A stretch of 64,000 nucleotides of DNA from a virus (Duplodnaviria > Caudoviricetes), in the IMG/VR virus record IMGVR_UViG_3300034095_001474, positions 182,796 through 246,795 of that record; one strand, 5' to 3'. Within the stretch, counting starts at the first letter, position 1. Every line of letters begins with the position of its first letter. Both the position numbers and the translations under genes were made by a program. Below, piece after piece: positions 21,001 to 30,586 of the stretch. Under the pieces are notes generated by a model, which saw only the letters and a list, made by a program, of their open reading frames with translations, ran no database searches and had not been told where the DNA came from.

Positions 21001-22641
21001 GTTAGGACATTCTGTATATAAACACTTAATATATTCAACATCTTGTAATGATGCCGCAGTAGCACATGCACCACCAAAAGAACCAAAAGGTTTAAAACCT
21101 AATACTTCCCATGTAGATAAAGTACAAAGAGTTTCGAACAAACCCCTAATAGCACCAATTACAACATTAACAATTTTAATAAGAACATTTATTATTGGTA
21201 TTATAATTGCGTTCATAATGTATATTAAAAAACCCATAATTTTTATCATTATACACATAATAAAAAATATAGCTGAAATTTCAGTATTTACTTTATTAAA
21301 TGGAAATGGGTTTTTATCACCTGGACAATTATCTACATTTTTAACTCCAGTTGCAGCTCTTTTAGTTGCTGGTACTAAGTTGGTTTGAAAACGTGGTATG
21401 AAATTACTAATAGTATATATCTTATTCCAATATAAACTTCTAAAACTAGTTTTTTTTGTAGTTTCATCAAATTTATAATCTATCTCATTTGAATTACTTG
21501 GGTTATTTGGAACTAGATATTTTGCTCTGGTTCTAAGTCTACCTTCACCACCAGTATTTTCCATACCAATTTTAAATCTAACGCTAGCTCTTGTTGGTAT
21601 ACCTTTGTTTGGGTTATCAGAAGGTATCAAATTACCGTTCTCATCAGTCACAACATAATCCAAGTTCATTGGCACTTGATAAGCCCAAGTTCCATCAACA
21701 TCAACCAATTGACCACCATTAACATCAAATGACTCAACACCACCATCTATTGTTTCTCTAATCATTTCAACGGTACCTTCACCAGCAACTTGTGAACATA
21801 ATTCACCTAATTCTTTTCTTGGTCTACATGTTTTGTTAATACTATTTTTATCTTGGTCACCAAATATACTACCCAAAAACATAGCAGAAGGTGTGACATT
21901 GTAATTCATGTCAATATCAGCTCTACTAATACCTATTTCACATGTTTCTACTTCACCCCAGAAAGGTTGTACGTTAACAGAATAATTAGTTGATTTAACT
22001 TGATATAATTTATCTAAATTAGTACCACCTTTAAATTTGGTAGGACTATCAAAATTTTTATCAGATATACCTTGACTGATTAAATCGTAAGGTCTTTGTG
22101 ATACAATACCTATATCTGAAATATCAGCATCAATATGAATATTATAAGTACCTAGTGGTACACCAAATATCATATAATCACCAGCACTATTTGTTGTGGT
22201 TGTGAATTTAAAATATTTACAATAAACATGAAGCAATTCTTCATTATCTAATATTTCTCGTTTGTTTGGGAAAGTACCAATTGGTGTAAAACATTCATTA
22301 TTTGTTTCACTAGATTTAGGTAAAAGATTATATCTAATACCATCACTATCTTTGTCAGTAATAATACTATAAGGGTACAAACCTCTAATTACAGAATCTT
22401 TGCTATCTTCATCGTCAATAGGTAAAAAAACACTAACTCTGGCATTTGGTAACCCAAACCCACTATTTATTATAACCCTTCCTACTATTACACCATAATC
22501 TGAACAAAAATTTCTATAAGCTTCTTCTTGTGTTATTTTCATTGAAAGAACTTCAATGAAATCAAACTCTTGGTCTATTTTAACTTTAAGATAATTATCT
22601 GAACCATTTGGCGTTGTTCTTATTCTTATTGTTTCTGACAT
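18073..22641 (-). CDS. Large virion protein: N-terminal carboxypeptidase-regulatory-like Ig domain, central hydrophobic segment, C-terminal SprB-like repeats
   Basis: GVIVGRVIINSGFGLPNARVSV...TTTNSAGDYMIFGVPLGTYNI; hydrophobic run IFFIMCIMIKIMGFLIYIMNAIIIPIINVLI; repeats of the form GSIT...GTAPFTY...YSIEVVDANG. Confidence 0.55.
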   Translation of the reverse strand: MSETIRIRTTPNGSDNYLKVKIDQEFDFIEVLSMKITQEEAYRNFCSDYGVIVGRVIINSGFGLPNARVSVFLPIDDEDSKDSVIRGLYPYSIITDKDSDGIRYNLLPKSSETNNECFTPIGTFPNKREILDNEELLHVYCKYFKFTTTTNSAGDYMIFGVPLGTYNIHIDADISDIGIVSQRPYDLISQGISDKNFDSPTKFKGGTNLDKLYQVKSTNYSVNVQPFWGEVETCEIGISRADIDMNYNVTPSAMFLGSIFGDQDKNSINKTCRPRKELGELCSQVAGEGTVEMIRETIDGGVESFDVNGGQLVDVDGTWAYQVPMNLDYVVTDENGNLIPSDNPNKGIPTRASVRFKIGMENTGGEGRLRTRAKYLVPNNPSNSNEIDYKFDETTKKTSFRSLYWNKIYTISNFIPRFQTNLVPATKRAATGVKNVDNCPGDKNPFPFNKVNTEISAIFFIMCIMIKIMGFLIYIMNAIIIPIINVLIKIVNVVIGAIRGLFETLCTLSTWEVLGFKPFGSFGGACATAASLQDVEYIKCLYTECPNDSGTYFAPGCKKDSEGWKALDAANNAPAYYPGDNFGHPEKFGDLAGLDNCLAFEMAKNMNLFQFDFYNDWVTGTLFGFLLKYKKKKRGRERFCEYDCNSEFFSQGGVDGNKNGVGDNDCHTNYLVDLCYPGGPDSQKTHREVSLREGLIKKIDTYVDGKKVGEEFYYAATKHDVSFKLFATDVICLGSVFDCDWQGIPKIQSLLIPSSYKLPPDIQELTDAGTTETTGQCGLDGNIKGLFFEVDCVGIHSDSRQVLNIRHLCEMGVDLDELDYNSAGTPILPDGILGKNDIDENNGKWFRDVIYDLNKDLPNSVTSFNHGGTFTTDFNIKNQATYPFASVGSNQNGNDYIKFRGFQSGSDNNYGQPKQSYFFYFGIMPGKSSLDKLNKRFFTKCIPVAEKEFNVVASSIPSSSTNNGSITFTVISGTAPFTYTISGPNGVSTGTLVMDPSTGQPIPKTISGPQGQYSIEVVDANGNNVTQTVNVDGPPPFYGSASVTKMCTSASAVDGEITISSIGGGSGVWTYKLYKSDGTVVINTTNITSIPTVIGSLPADIGSNGATTPAYGYKLVMSDGVTSVSVQDLKIDGPTPVVVTLDSSTPTTCWSSSDGKYTLKIVGGKPPYITTVTGPASYSNGNLISTGLLRGDYSVTVVDAYGTSASFNFTIGSKNQQMIATLASASDLAKQCSSTSYSIPFLVQTGAPIPAGSTAPLKINVRYRVNDATDTSGTPIYTSLLSTTNYINGSTYVYATIPNTLQANKNLKLSFISVDGLCFSNELVMSEPAIRLPNTALSINFTGINNAKQCNPNVVTFKFNVSHWQIAPTYSERAPYTFKYSVNGGPQQTVIITANQQVINAVKPPSSSAVITYTITDNKGCTSTGTLPTIITPTSALAGQVVRTNTLVPLPLTCQYKFTSTGGIGVKTSTRPLNVINTSYVAPIASAIIANGARPTFCSVKPSPALVATITDSVGCTVIKST

Positions 22642-22649
22642 ATTTATTT

Positions 22650-23012
22650 TTAATATTTATCTGTTATATCCTCAACGTCTACCATAACAACATCATCTTC
22701 AGTTAAATCATCAAAATCATCATCGTCATCATCATCGTCATCATAGTCGTCATCATCGTCATCATTTTTCTTACCTACAAATTTACTTATTAGATTAACA
22801 ATATTAACGTCTTTTGTTAATACTATAGTATTAAACATGAACCATATAATCACTATATTTATTAATGGTAATAATAAAATACCAACTAAAAAACCTAACA
22901 CTTTAAAAGTATAATGTAAAAATACTTTTGCTTTTTCTTTATTTGTTAATTTAAAAAATTCATTTTTTTCTGGTACTTCAAAACCACTTTTTGTTTTACA
23001 ATTACAACTCAT
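22650..23012 (-). CDS. Small membrane protein with poly-Asp C-terminal tail
   Basis: Hydrophobic stretch VLGFLVGILLLPLINIVIIWFMFNTIVL followed by a run of about 20 Asp-rich residues. Confidence 0.65.
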   Translation of the reverse strand: MSCNCKTKSGFEVPEKNEFFKLTNKEKAKVFLHYTFKVLGFLVGILLLPLINIVIIWFMFNTIVLTKDVNIVNLISKFVGKKNDDDDDDYDDDDDDDDDFDDLTEDDVVMVDVEDITDKY

Positions 23013-23076
23013 CTCTTTTTTTTATATACATTTGTTATTTTAACAAATATAATGTTTATTTATGAATAAATAAACG

Positions 23077-24894
23077 TTATTGTCTTGCTCTAACAAGAAT
23101 ATCTTTTGTTGGGATTTTAATCTCAAACATTGTTGTTGGTTCACCAAATAAAGTCATATCAGAAACATCTATTTGTCTAGTTGCACGGTCAATATAAGCT
23201 TGAGAAATTTCGTTTAAACTATATAAACCGCCACCACCAACTTTATTATAAAATCTAATATCTATAATATTTAAAACACCACCGATATTGTTTATACTTT
23301 CAATAAGTGGTGATATATAAATATTTTCACCCATATCAAATTTATTTACATCAAAGTATTTTTTAACTTCGTTGATAACTTCGGTTATTACTTGTCCTTG
23401 TGAAACTTTTTTATCAATAAATAAATCTATTTCTAATGATAGGTTAATTATCCTACCATCGGCAATTTGAACATAATCATTTAACATTCTATAATCAGAC
23501 AAATAATTAGCCATATTTTCTTTTAAAGTTGTTGTTGATTGATTGGTCAATTTACCATTGGCATCTAAACTTAAAACATAAAATTTTATTTTGTTTTGTT
23601 CTTCAAAAACACCATTTCTAAATGGTGCACCAAATTTACCAGGAATCTGAGCAACTTTTGTTTGATAATCTTTTAATGTTACAGCTCTATTTTGTGATGC
23701 AAAGTTATATCTAACCATATTTCTAATTTCTTCAATACTAGGTATGTTTTTACCACCTATAGCTGGAAATAAATTATTAACTTTTAAAGATTTCTTAACA
23801 TTTTGATTAATTGTTGCATCTGAACCATTAACACTCATATCTATAATACCTACACCCTTTAGAATATTTGGACCTAAATTTGAATCAGCACCACCACCTA
23901 CTCTATACTTTATATACATAGTTGTATTAGGAGTTGGTACGATACCTAATGATAAGTTATTTATAAAATTACCAATTTGTTTAACCAATGCTGGATTACT
24001 GTCAAAATCACAAAGACTATTAATGTCTTGTGTTCCAGCACCAAAAGTTATTTTTGTAAACCCTAAATCAGTGTATTCTCTTATAAATCTTCTAGAAATA
24101 CTTATCCATTTTCCTGGTCTTATACCAGAATTATCACTAACACGTGTATTATCTTCAATAAAAACTTTATCTTCAGCCAATGCATCAACTTCAAACCATC
24201 TATTATTTAAATTTAAAAAATCACTAAATGTTGGTGCTGTTGCATAATTTGTACCTGGAAGTGTGATTATTGATTCAATACTTAATACATTATCATCTGG
24301 TAATATAACCTCTAAAAATGGTCTAGAATCACTAGTATTTATAACTCTTTTTAAAATTTTACTAAACCCATTTGTTACAATCTCCCTTTTTGTGATAGTA
24401 TAATTAATCAAAGTACCGTTGGCACTAAAATTAGGTATAATTAAACGATTTGGAATACCACTAACTGTAAATGGACTAGAAAAATCAACATCACTTGTTA
24501 ATTCAAATATTTTACCAGCACCAGACACTTGTGAACCAGCTCTAACAACTGGAGCATATGATATATCAAATGTATCTCCGAAAACTGGAAGAGTCACACT
24601 CAAATCTACAATGGTTGCACTTGCTCTTCTTCCTGGAATTTTTAAACCAAAAGTTCTAGCTATAGAAAGTATTGATTTTCTTTCTTGTGCATAATCAATT
24701 TGAGTCTCAGCAAACATTCTATCAGTATTGTGTGATAACATATCCCCAACAGCCGCATTTAACTCCATAAGCATCTGACCTACAGATGCATCATTATAGT
24801 CAACAAAAATATCTGGATAATATTGTTTAACATAATTAATTAAATCAGTTCTTATGTTTGCGAAATCTCTTGATGTATAATTTACATTTGCCAT
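23077..24894 (-). CDS. Baseplate wedge protein (T4 gp6 / baseplate J-like)
   Basis: NYTSRDFANIRTDL, YRVGGGADSN, FASQNRAVTLKDY motifs; lies next to the gp25-like gene. Confidence 0.85.
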   Translation of the reverse strand: MANVNYTSRDFANIRTDLINYVKQYYPDIFVDYNDASVGQMLMELNAAVGDMLSHNTDRMFAETQIDYAQERKSILSIARTFGLKIPGRRASATIVDLSVTLPVFGDTFDISYAPVVRAGSQVSGAGKIFELTSDVDFSSPFTVSGIPNRLIIPNFSANGTLINYTITKREIVTNGFSKILKRVINTSDSRPFLEVILPDDNVLSIESIITLPGTNYATAPTFSDFLNLNNRWFEVDALAEDKVFIEDNTRVSDNSGIRPGKWISISRRFIREYTDLGFTKITFGAGTQDINSLCDFDSNPALVKQIGNFINNLSLGIVPTPNTTMYIKYRVGGGADSNLGPNILKGVGIIDMSVNGSDATINQNVKKSLKVNNLFPAIGGKNIPSIEEIRNMVRYNFASQNRAVTLKDYQTKVAQIPGKFGAPFRNGVFEEQNKIKFYVLSLDANGKLTNQSTTTLKENMANYLSDYRMLNDYVQIADGRIINLSLEIDLFIDKKVSQGQVITEVINEVKKYFDVNKFDMGENIYISPLIESINNIGGVLNIIDIRFYNKVGGGGLYSLNEISQAYIDRATRQIDVSDMTLFGEPTTMFEIKIPTKDILVRARQ

Positions 24895-24897
24895 ATT

Positions 24898-25284
24898 TTA
24901 TAATTTTACTACTACTATATCTGATGTTGAAAAAACATCATCGGTTATTGTGTAACTAATAGTTACAACAGCTGCATACTCACTTTCTTGTGATGCAGCA
25001 ATTATTATTTCATTTAATTTTAAATTAGGTAGAAATTTTTTAACTACAGTTCTAATCTCATCTTTTATACCCTCTTCAGTCAATGCATCGTTTGGTTCAA
25101 AAATAAAACGCATTAAATCTGTACCAAAATCTGGGTTATATAATCTTTGACCCCTTCTAGTTAAGATTAAATGTAAAAGGTCAGCTTTTATAGCTTGACT
25201 ATCATTTTCTGTTAAATCTAAGAAAAAACCTTTTTTACTATCTTTAAAGGGGTAGTTTATATTTATATAGCGACCATTAGCCAT
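24898..25284 (-). CDS. Baseplate wedge/sheath initiator (T4 gp25-like)
   Basis: IKADLLHLILTRRGQRLYNPDFGTDL...FEPND motif. Confidence 0.9.
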   Translation of the reverse strand: MANGRYININYPFKDSKKGFFLDLTENDSQAIKADLLHLILTRRGQRLYNPDFGTDLMRFIFEPNDALTEEGIKDEIRTVVKKFLPNLKLNEIIIAASQESEYAAVVTISYTITDDVFSTSDIVVVKL

Positions 25285-25397
25285 TGTTTTCTATTTTAGT
25301 TTTGAATATAAAATCTTTATACTCTTTATTTTTATTCAATATTTCTTTATTAGATAAATATAATACTAAAAGATTTTTATAAGTAAATATGGGAAAT

Positions 25398-25427
25398 AAA
25401 AAAAGGGACCATATAGGACCCTCTTTT
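25398..25427 (-). terminator. Intrinsic terminator after nrdA
   Basis: Minus strand GGGTCC-TATAT-GGTCCC (one mismatch) followed by a T-tract. Confidence 0.55.
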
Positions 25428-25445
25428 ATTAAATTTTAATTTATT

Positions 25446-27602
25446 TTAAGCTGAACAACCAAAACACTCGAATTGACTATCTTTTGGTTTCTCAACATTT
25501 TGTGTAATTTGACTAGAAGCTAATTTTGAATTTGCCTCTAATTTTGATTTAGTCCTAGTGTAATAAACACCAGTTTTTAAACCACCTTTCCACGCATACA
25601 TAAGAGCACTTGCAATCTTACCATACTTAGCATCAGAATGATACAAGTTCAAAGATTGTGATTGGTCAACAAATTTGTTTCTGATAATAGCTAAATCCAA
25701 CAATACTCTTTGAGAAATTTCCCAAACATCTTTATATCTGTATCTAATATCTTCTGGTATTTCAACTATATTTTGAACACTTCCTTTATTTTTGATAATT
25801 TTATCAACCATATTTGAATCCCATAATTTTTCATCAATTAATTCGTTTACCAAATATTTGTTAATTACTAAAAATTCACCTTGTCCTACACGTCTAGTAA
25901 ATAGATTTGATGTAGCTGGTTCAAATGATTCAAATACACTCAATAAGATTGCAGAAGATGCTGTTGGCATAAAACCTAAACCTAAACTGTTAAGCATTGG
26001 AATTGGAACACCTTCTGGCAACGGTGACCAACCTTCAATATACGTTTCACCTTTTGAATATGGACTATCTTCCCATGATGGATAATTTTCACCTTTTTCA
26101 ATAGCTAATCTCATTGACTCAACAACAAATGATTTATACATTGTTTCAGTAATGTCTTTGTTCCATTGTTTAGCTTCTTCACTTTCATAAGAAATTTTTC
26201 TTTTAGCAAAGAAATCAGCCATACCAGCAACACCAATAGCCAACGCTCTTTGGTCTTGACCAGCAGCTTCACTCCAATCATCAGACCATTTGTTTTTATC
26301 AATAACTTTGTTCAATGCTTTAACCAAAATTCTAGTTGTTTTAGAAATTGATTCCAATGAAGTTTGTTCAGCTAAGTTAATTGATGCTAACGTACATTGT
26401 GGTGTATATTTTGGTCTTGAAGCTTGAAATATCTCAATACATAAATTAGATTGTTTGATAATACCAATGTTTCTTTGCATATTGCGTTTGTTTGCATTAT
26501 CTTTGAACATAACATAAGGTTTACCACTTTCAACTTGTGATTTGATAAGTGAATCAAAGATATCTTTAGGATTAACTTTTTTACCCAAACCTAATTCAAC
26601 AGCTTTATAATATTCAGCTTCAAACGCTTCTCCATGTAATTCATAAAGTGGTGTTAAACCAGCTTTTTTAATATCATTTGGACAGAATAGATACCAATCC
26701 TCATCATTTTGTAATTTTTCCATGAATAAATCATTGATAACTACAGCAGTGAATAAATCTCTAGTTCTTAATTGCTCATCACCAATAGGTAATGTTAAAT
26801 CTAAGAAATCAAAGATATCTCTGTGCCATACTGATAAATACAATGCACAACTTCCAGAACGAGAACCTTGTTTATAAAATCTCATTTTAGCTTGAACCAT
26901 ATCAGCTAATCTTACAACACCACCAGCATTACCTTTAAACGATTCAACGATACTATCTTTGCTTCTAAGAGGGTCAATTAATAATCCGATACCAGAACCT
27001 TCTTTTGATGCAGAAGCTATCTTAGTGAGTGTATTTTCGATACCTTCAAATGAATCATCTTCCAAATGTGTTAAGTTGCATGAAATCATACCATTTCTTT
27101 CTGGTACACCAGCATTTGTGTAAGTTGGTGTGGCAAAGTTTCCTTTTTTAGTAGTAATTTCATCCATTAATTCTACATAGTCTTCTTCATTGTCATTATG
27201 TAAATAACCAGCAACACGTTTATACATACAAGATGGTAATTCAGTTGGTGTTTTCTTTTCATCTTTCAATGAATACTTTGAAAGAAAAGTTGTTGCAGCA
27301 AAAAAGTCATAAGTTAAATCAACTGGTTGTAATTCTTTACCAATTAATTTAGATTGTCTAGATAACAAAATTCGACCACCCAATAAAGAGTAGTCAGAAT
27401 GTTGTATAATTTTATCGGCAGCTTTGAAAGCTATAATCTCATCAATCTCAGTTGTTGTGATATTATCATTTATCAAAGGAATTACCTCTTGGAATAAAAT
27501 ATCAGAATCAACTTTCAAACCTTTTGATTGTGTTTTGATTCTAGCTAAAATTTTATTCGGTGTAAACGCTTGCGTTGTTTTATCTCTTTTTAATATTCTC
27601 AT
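25446..27602 (-). CDS. nrdA: Class Ia ribonucleotide reductase alpha subunit
   Basis: N-terminal ATP-cone-like region, ATPT, ISCNL, SNLCIEI (N-C-E), CTLASINL, PTASS, GLKTGVYY and C-terminal CFGC. Confidence 0.97.
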   Translation of the reverse strand: MRILKRDKTTQAFTPNKILARIKTQSKGLKVDSDILFQEVIPLINDNITTTEIDEIIAFKAADKIIQHSDYSLLGGRILLSRQSKLIGKELQPVDLTYDFFAATTFLSKYSLKDEKKTPTELPSCMYKRVAGYLHNDNEEDYVELMDEITTKKGNFATPTYTNAGVPERNGMISCNLTHLEDDSFEGIENTLTKIASASKEGSGIGLLIDPLRSKDSIVESFKGNAGGVVRLADMVQAKMRFYKQGSRSGSCALYLSVWHRDIFDFLDLTLPIGDEQLRTRDLFTAVVINDLFMEKLQNDEDWYLFCPNDIKKAGLTPLYELHGEAFEAEYYKAVELGLGKKVNPKDIFDSLIKSQVESGKPYVMFKDNANKRNMQRNIGIIKQSNLCIEIFQASRPKYTPQCTLASINLAEQTSLESISKTTRILVKALNKVIDKNKWSDDWSEAAGQDQRALAIGVAGMADFFAKRKISYESEEAKQWNKDITETMYKSFVVESMRLAIEKGENYPSWEDSPYSKGETYIEGWSPLPEGVPIPMLNSLGLGFMPTASSAILLSVFESFEPATSNLFTRRVGQGEFLVINKYLVNELIDEKLWDSNMVDKIIKNKGSVQNIVEIPEDIRYRYKDVWEISQRVLLDLAIIRNKFVDQSQSLNLYHSDAKYGKIASALMYAWKGGLKTGVYYTRTKSKLEANSKLASSQITQNVEKPKDSQFECFGCSA

Positions 27603-27614
27603 GGTAATTTTATT

Positions 27615-28568
27615 TTAAAAATCTTCGTTAAACATTCCATCTATAGTTGTTGGTATCTCAACTCTAGTATATTCACCTTCTCTTTTTTCAAAAAAGTTAT
27701 TTTTAGATGATAAACCAATTCTAGACATATATTCTAATGGGTTTCTTACTTTGAACTCAGTTTGACAACCAAAATCATTCAAAACAATATCAGTTACATA
27801 TTGAACATATTTAACCATGTCTTGTTTTGTAAGTCCTTGTAATCCATCTGGCATACTTTCATCAACAAATGTTTTTTCAGCTTCGTAACAACTTAAAATT
27901 ATATGTCTAAGTTCATCTTTTGATAACTTATATTCATCTCTTAAATAGTTTTTATACAAGTTTAGAGCAAATTCATAATGGAAAGTTTCATCACGTAAAA
28001 TTAATTCATTCATAGCACCTAATCCTGGCATTTTATTTCTACTTCTATACCAAAATACACCAGAGAAAACACTAGCAAAAGATATTCCTTCTACACAAGC
28101 AAAAGCAACAAGTCTATGAGCAAATGAAGTATGTCCAATCCAATTTTCAGCCCATGCTGCTTTTTTAGCAACTGCTGGGTTTGTTTCCATTGAATTGAAT
28201 AGTTCTTCTCTTTCAGTTAAATTCTTTATGTATGTTTCAATCAATAAAGAATATCCGTTAGCGTGAACTTGTTCAATAAATGCTTGGTGACCATAAAAAT
28301 ATTGTGCTTCTAAAATCTCAACTTCATTTAAAAAATTGGTAGCCAAATTATCAATTACTAACCCATCAGAAATTGCGAAAAAAGCCAAGATATTTTTTAG
28401 ATATATCTTTTCTTCTTCTTTTAATTCATCAAATCTATCTTTTGATAAATCTGGTTCTTCAGCAACCCATGTTTGTGCTTCAGCTTTTTTATACATCTCC
28501 CATAAATCATTATGAATTATTGGGAAAATAGAATACCTTTTTTTTAATGTCTTGTCTTTTAAATACAT
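27615..28568 (-). CDS. nrdB: Class Ia ribonucleotide reductase beta subunit
   Basis: Di-metal ligands D (ISDGLV), EQVH, EGISF, DETFH, and the radical-site Tyr in HANGY. Confidence 0.96.
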   Translation of the reverse strand: MYLKDKTLKKRYSIFPIIHNDLWEMYKKAEAQTWVAEEPDLSKDRFDELKEEEKIYLKNILAFFAISDGLVIDNLATNFLNEVEILEAQYFYGHQAFIEQVHANGYSLLIETYIKNLTEREELFNSMETNPAVAKKAAWAENWIGHTSFAHRLVAFACVEGISFASVFSGVFWYRSRNKMPGLGAMNELILRDETFHYEFALNLYKNYLRDEYKLSKDELRHIILSCYEAEKTFVDESMPDGLQGLTKQDMVKYVQYVTDIVLNDFGCQTEFKVRNPLEYMSRIGLSSKNNFFEKREGEYTRVEIPTTIDGMFNEDF

Positions 28569-28595
28569 ACTTTTATTTTCTTTTGTTTTTAATTA

Positions 28596-30017
28596 TTATT
28601 CTTCCATATTTGGCGTTGTCAATGCATTCAATACAGCATTTCTTTGTTTAGCCGCATCTAACACTGAATTTACTCTTTGTTGTTCGTTGACACCTTTGAC
28701 TTGTTTATGTTCACTATGGGTTCTTGCACCAGTACTTTGACCCATATCAATTTGAATTGTAGCGTTGTCAAATTTTATATCTTCGAAGATAAGACCAGAT
28801 TTACCAAAACGAGATTTAAGTATAGCCATTGTTGCTGTTCCAGCCTCTTTTTGGTCAAGTGTTTTTGCAATTGATACAACAAAGTGAGCAATTTGTGCTT
28901 TCTTTATTGAACCACCCATTTGGTCAGCCTCAACAACATCAGCTTTAATTGAACTTCTATTTCCTTGAATTGCAGTCCAACCAGCAATATCTAATTCAGA
29001 TAACATAGTTTCAAATTGTCTCATCACACTACCTTCACCAGCATTTACATCATCAAATTTCCTAGATGGTTCAACACAGTCAATATAATCTAATATTAAT
29101 ATATCTGGTCTCCAACCTTGAGCTATCAACTTTCTTATATATTGTCTAATAATTGGAATTGTAGTTCCATCACTTGAAAACTTTTTAAGTCTTAATTGAC
29201 CTTTACCAGCTTCCATTTCTTTCGACATTTTAATCAAATCATCTTTATGTAAAGATAAACTATTCAAATCATATCCCGACCAACATGATAAATGTTTTCT
29301 CTGAATAACTTTGGGGTTATCTTCGAAAAATACTTGTAAAACTTTATAACCATCACTCATTGCTGTGTTGGCTATCTTTGTCATCATAGTTGTCTTACCA
29401 ACACCAAAGGGTGCTAATATTGTAGCCAACTCTGTTTTGGATAGTCCACCATCCATTACATCATCTAACCCTTTTATTCCAGTTCTAATAGGTTTTCTGA
29501 AGTCTTCATCTAACACAGCTTCGATATTATCAAAAACATTCATACCATCATCTTTATTATCACCATGTTCCAATGCTTTTCTAAGAATAGATTCACATTG
29601 CTCATAATCATCGATGTTTCCTTTATTGATAATCTTTGTAATCTCGTTAACTGATTTTCGTAATTCTTGTTGCTTACAAAATCTCATAGCTATATCTTGA
29701 ACTTTATCTGTATCGTTCAAGTCAGCTTCTTGTATTTTACGAAGCTGACTGATGGCATACTTTCTTTGTATGTCATCAGTTACATCTTCTAATAATCTAA
29801 ATTCTAGACTTCCAACATCTGGGATGATATCATCTTTAACTTTAGCATCTTTTATTGTAGCGGCAACAACTCTTAGATAAGGGTCCTCAAAATAATTTGG
29901 GTCTACAATATCAATTATTGAGTTGGCAAAATTTCTATCTGTTAGAATTTGTGCTATTAATCGTAATTGATAATCGTACCCTAGGTACCCAAAACTATTT
30001 TTGTCTATTTTTGCCAT
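28596..30017 (-). CDS. dnaB: Replicative DNA helicase (DnaB / T4 gp41 family)
   Basis: Walker A APFGVGKTT, ILDYIDC, TAIQGNR, KSRFG. Confidence 0.9.
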   Translation of the reverse strand: MAKIDKNSFGYLGYDYQLRLIAQILTDRNFANSIIDIVDPNYFEDPYLRVVAATIKDAKVKDDIIPDVGSLEFRLLEDVTDDIQRKYAISQLRKIQEADLNDTDKVQDIAMRFCKQQELRKSVNEITKIINKGNIDDYEQCESILRKALEHGDNKDDGMNVFDNIEAVLDEDFRKPIRTGIKGLDDVMDGGLSKTELATILAPFGVGKTTMMTKIANTAMSDGYKVLQVFFEDNPKVIQRKHLSCWSGYDLNSLSLHKDDLIKMSKEMEAGKGQLRLKKFSSDGTTIPIIRQYIRKLIAQGWRPDILILDYIDCVEPSRKFDDVNAGEGSVMRQFETMLSELDIAGWTAIQGNRSSIKADVVEADQMGGSIKKAQIAHFVVSIAKTLDQKEAGTATMAILKSRFGKSGLIFEDIKFDNATIQIDMGQSTGARTHSEHKQVKGVNEQQRVNSVLDAAKQRNAVLNALTTPNMEE

Positions 30018-30064
30018 TTTTTTAATTTAGAAACGTTGTTATAATAAATATAATAATGGTTGCA

Positions 30065-30568
30065 TTAAGCACCAATTATTGTGTAATTTTTTTGACTCAA
30101 TGAATATCTGATTTCAGACATGATTGACGGAATAATTTCCCTAACATCCACAGCGTAACGTACTTTTGGTGGGAAATAGTTGCCACAAAATTGGCTTTTT
30201 GCAACACTAACTTTATCAATTTTAATTTCAAATTGAAAGTTATCAATTTTATCAAAAATAGATTTTCCAGCTTCTTCATCTTCTTTTTGAACGAAGTATG
30301 GATTGTAGTTATCCCACAAATACTCTTTTGATTTTTTTTGTAAATATTTAGGTATAATACCTAAAGAACCATACTGGCCGTTATTCATACCAGCAATATT
30401 ATCCATAAGCTCTTTAAGCTCAATTGATTTTACTGATTCTTCGTTAAATTCACGAATGTTGAAATATCTCTGACAGATAATGTGGTCATTAATGTAAAGG
30501 ACAAATTCAAATCTTTGTTCTTCAATTTTTTTCGCTGGATAAGCAGTTTTTTCTGTTTCTGTACTCAT
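30065..30568 (-). CDS. Hypothetical protein in the replication operon
   Basis: 167-aa ORF between the exonuclease and helicase genes. Confidence 0.6.
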   Translation of the reverse strand: MSTETEKTAYPAKKIEEQRFEFVLYINDHIICQRYFNIREFNEESVKSIELKELMDNIAGMNNGQYGSLGIIPKYLQKKSKEYLWDNYNPYFVQKEDEEAGKSIFDKIDNFQFEIKIDKVSVAKSQFCGNYFPPKVRYAVDVREIIPSIMSEIRYSLSQKNYTIIGA

Positions 30569-30586
30569 TTTTTTAGTTTTTAAATG

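Noticed and set aside
22715-22765. (TCA)n-like repeat as a non-coding VNTR or CRISPR-like array
   Set aside because: It is the in-frame poly-Asp tail of the membrane protein and has no repeat-spacer structure.
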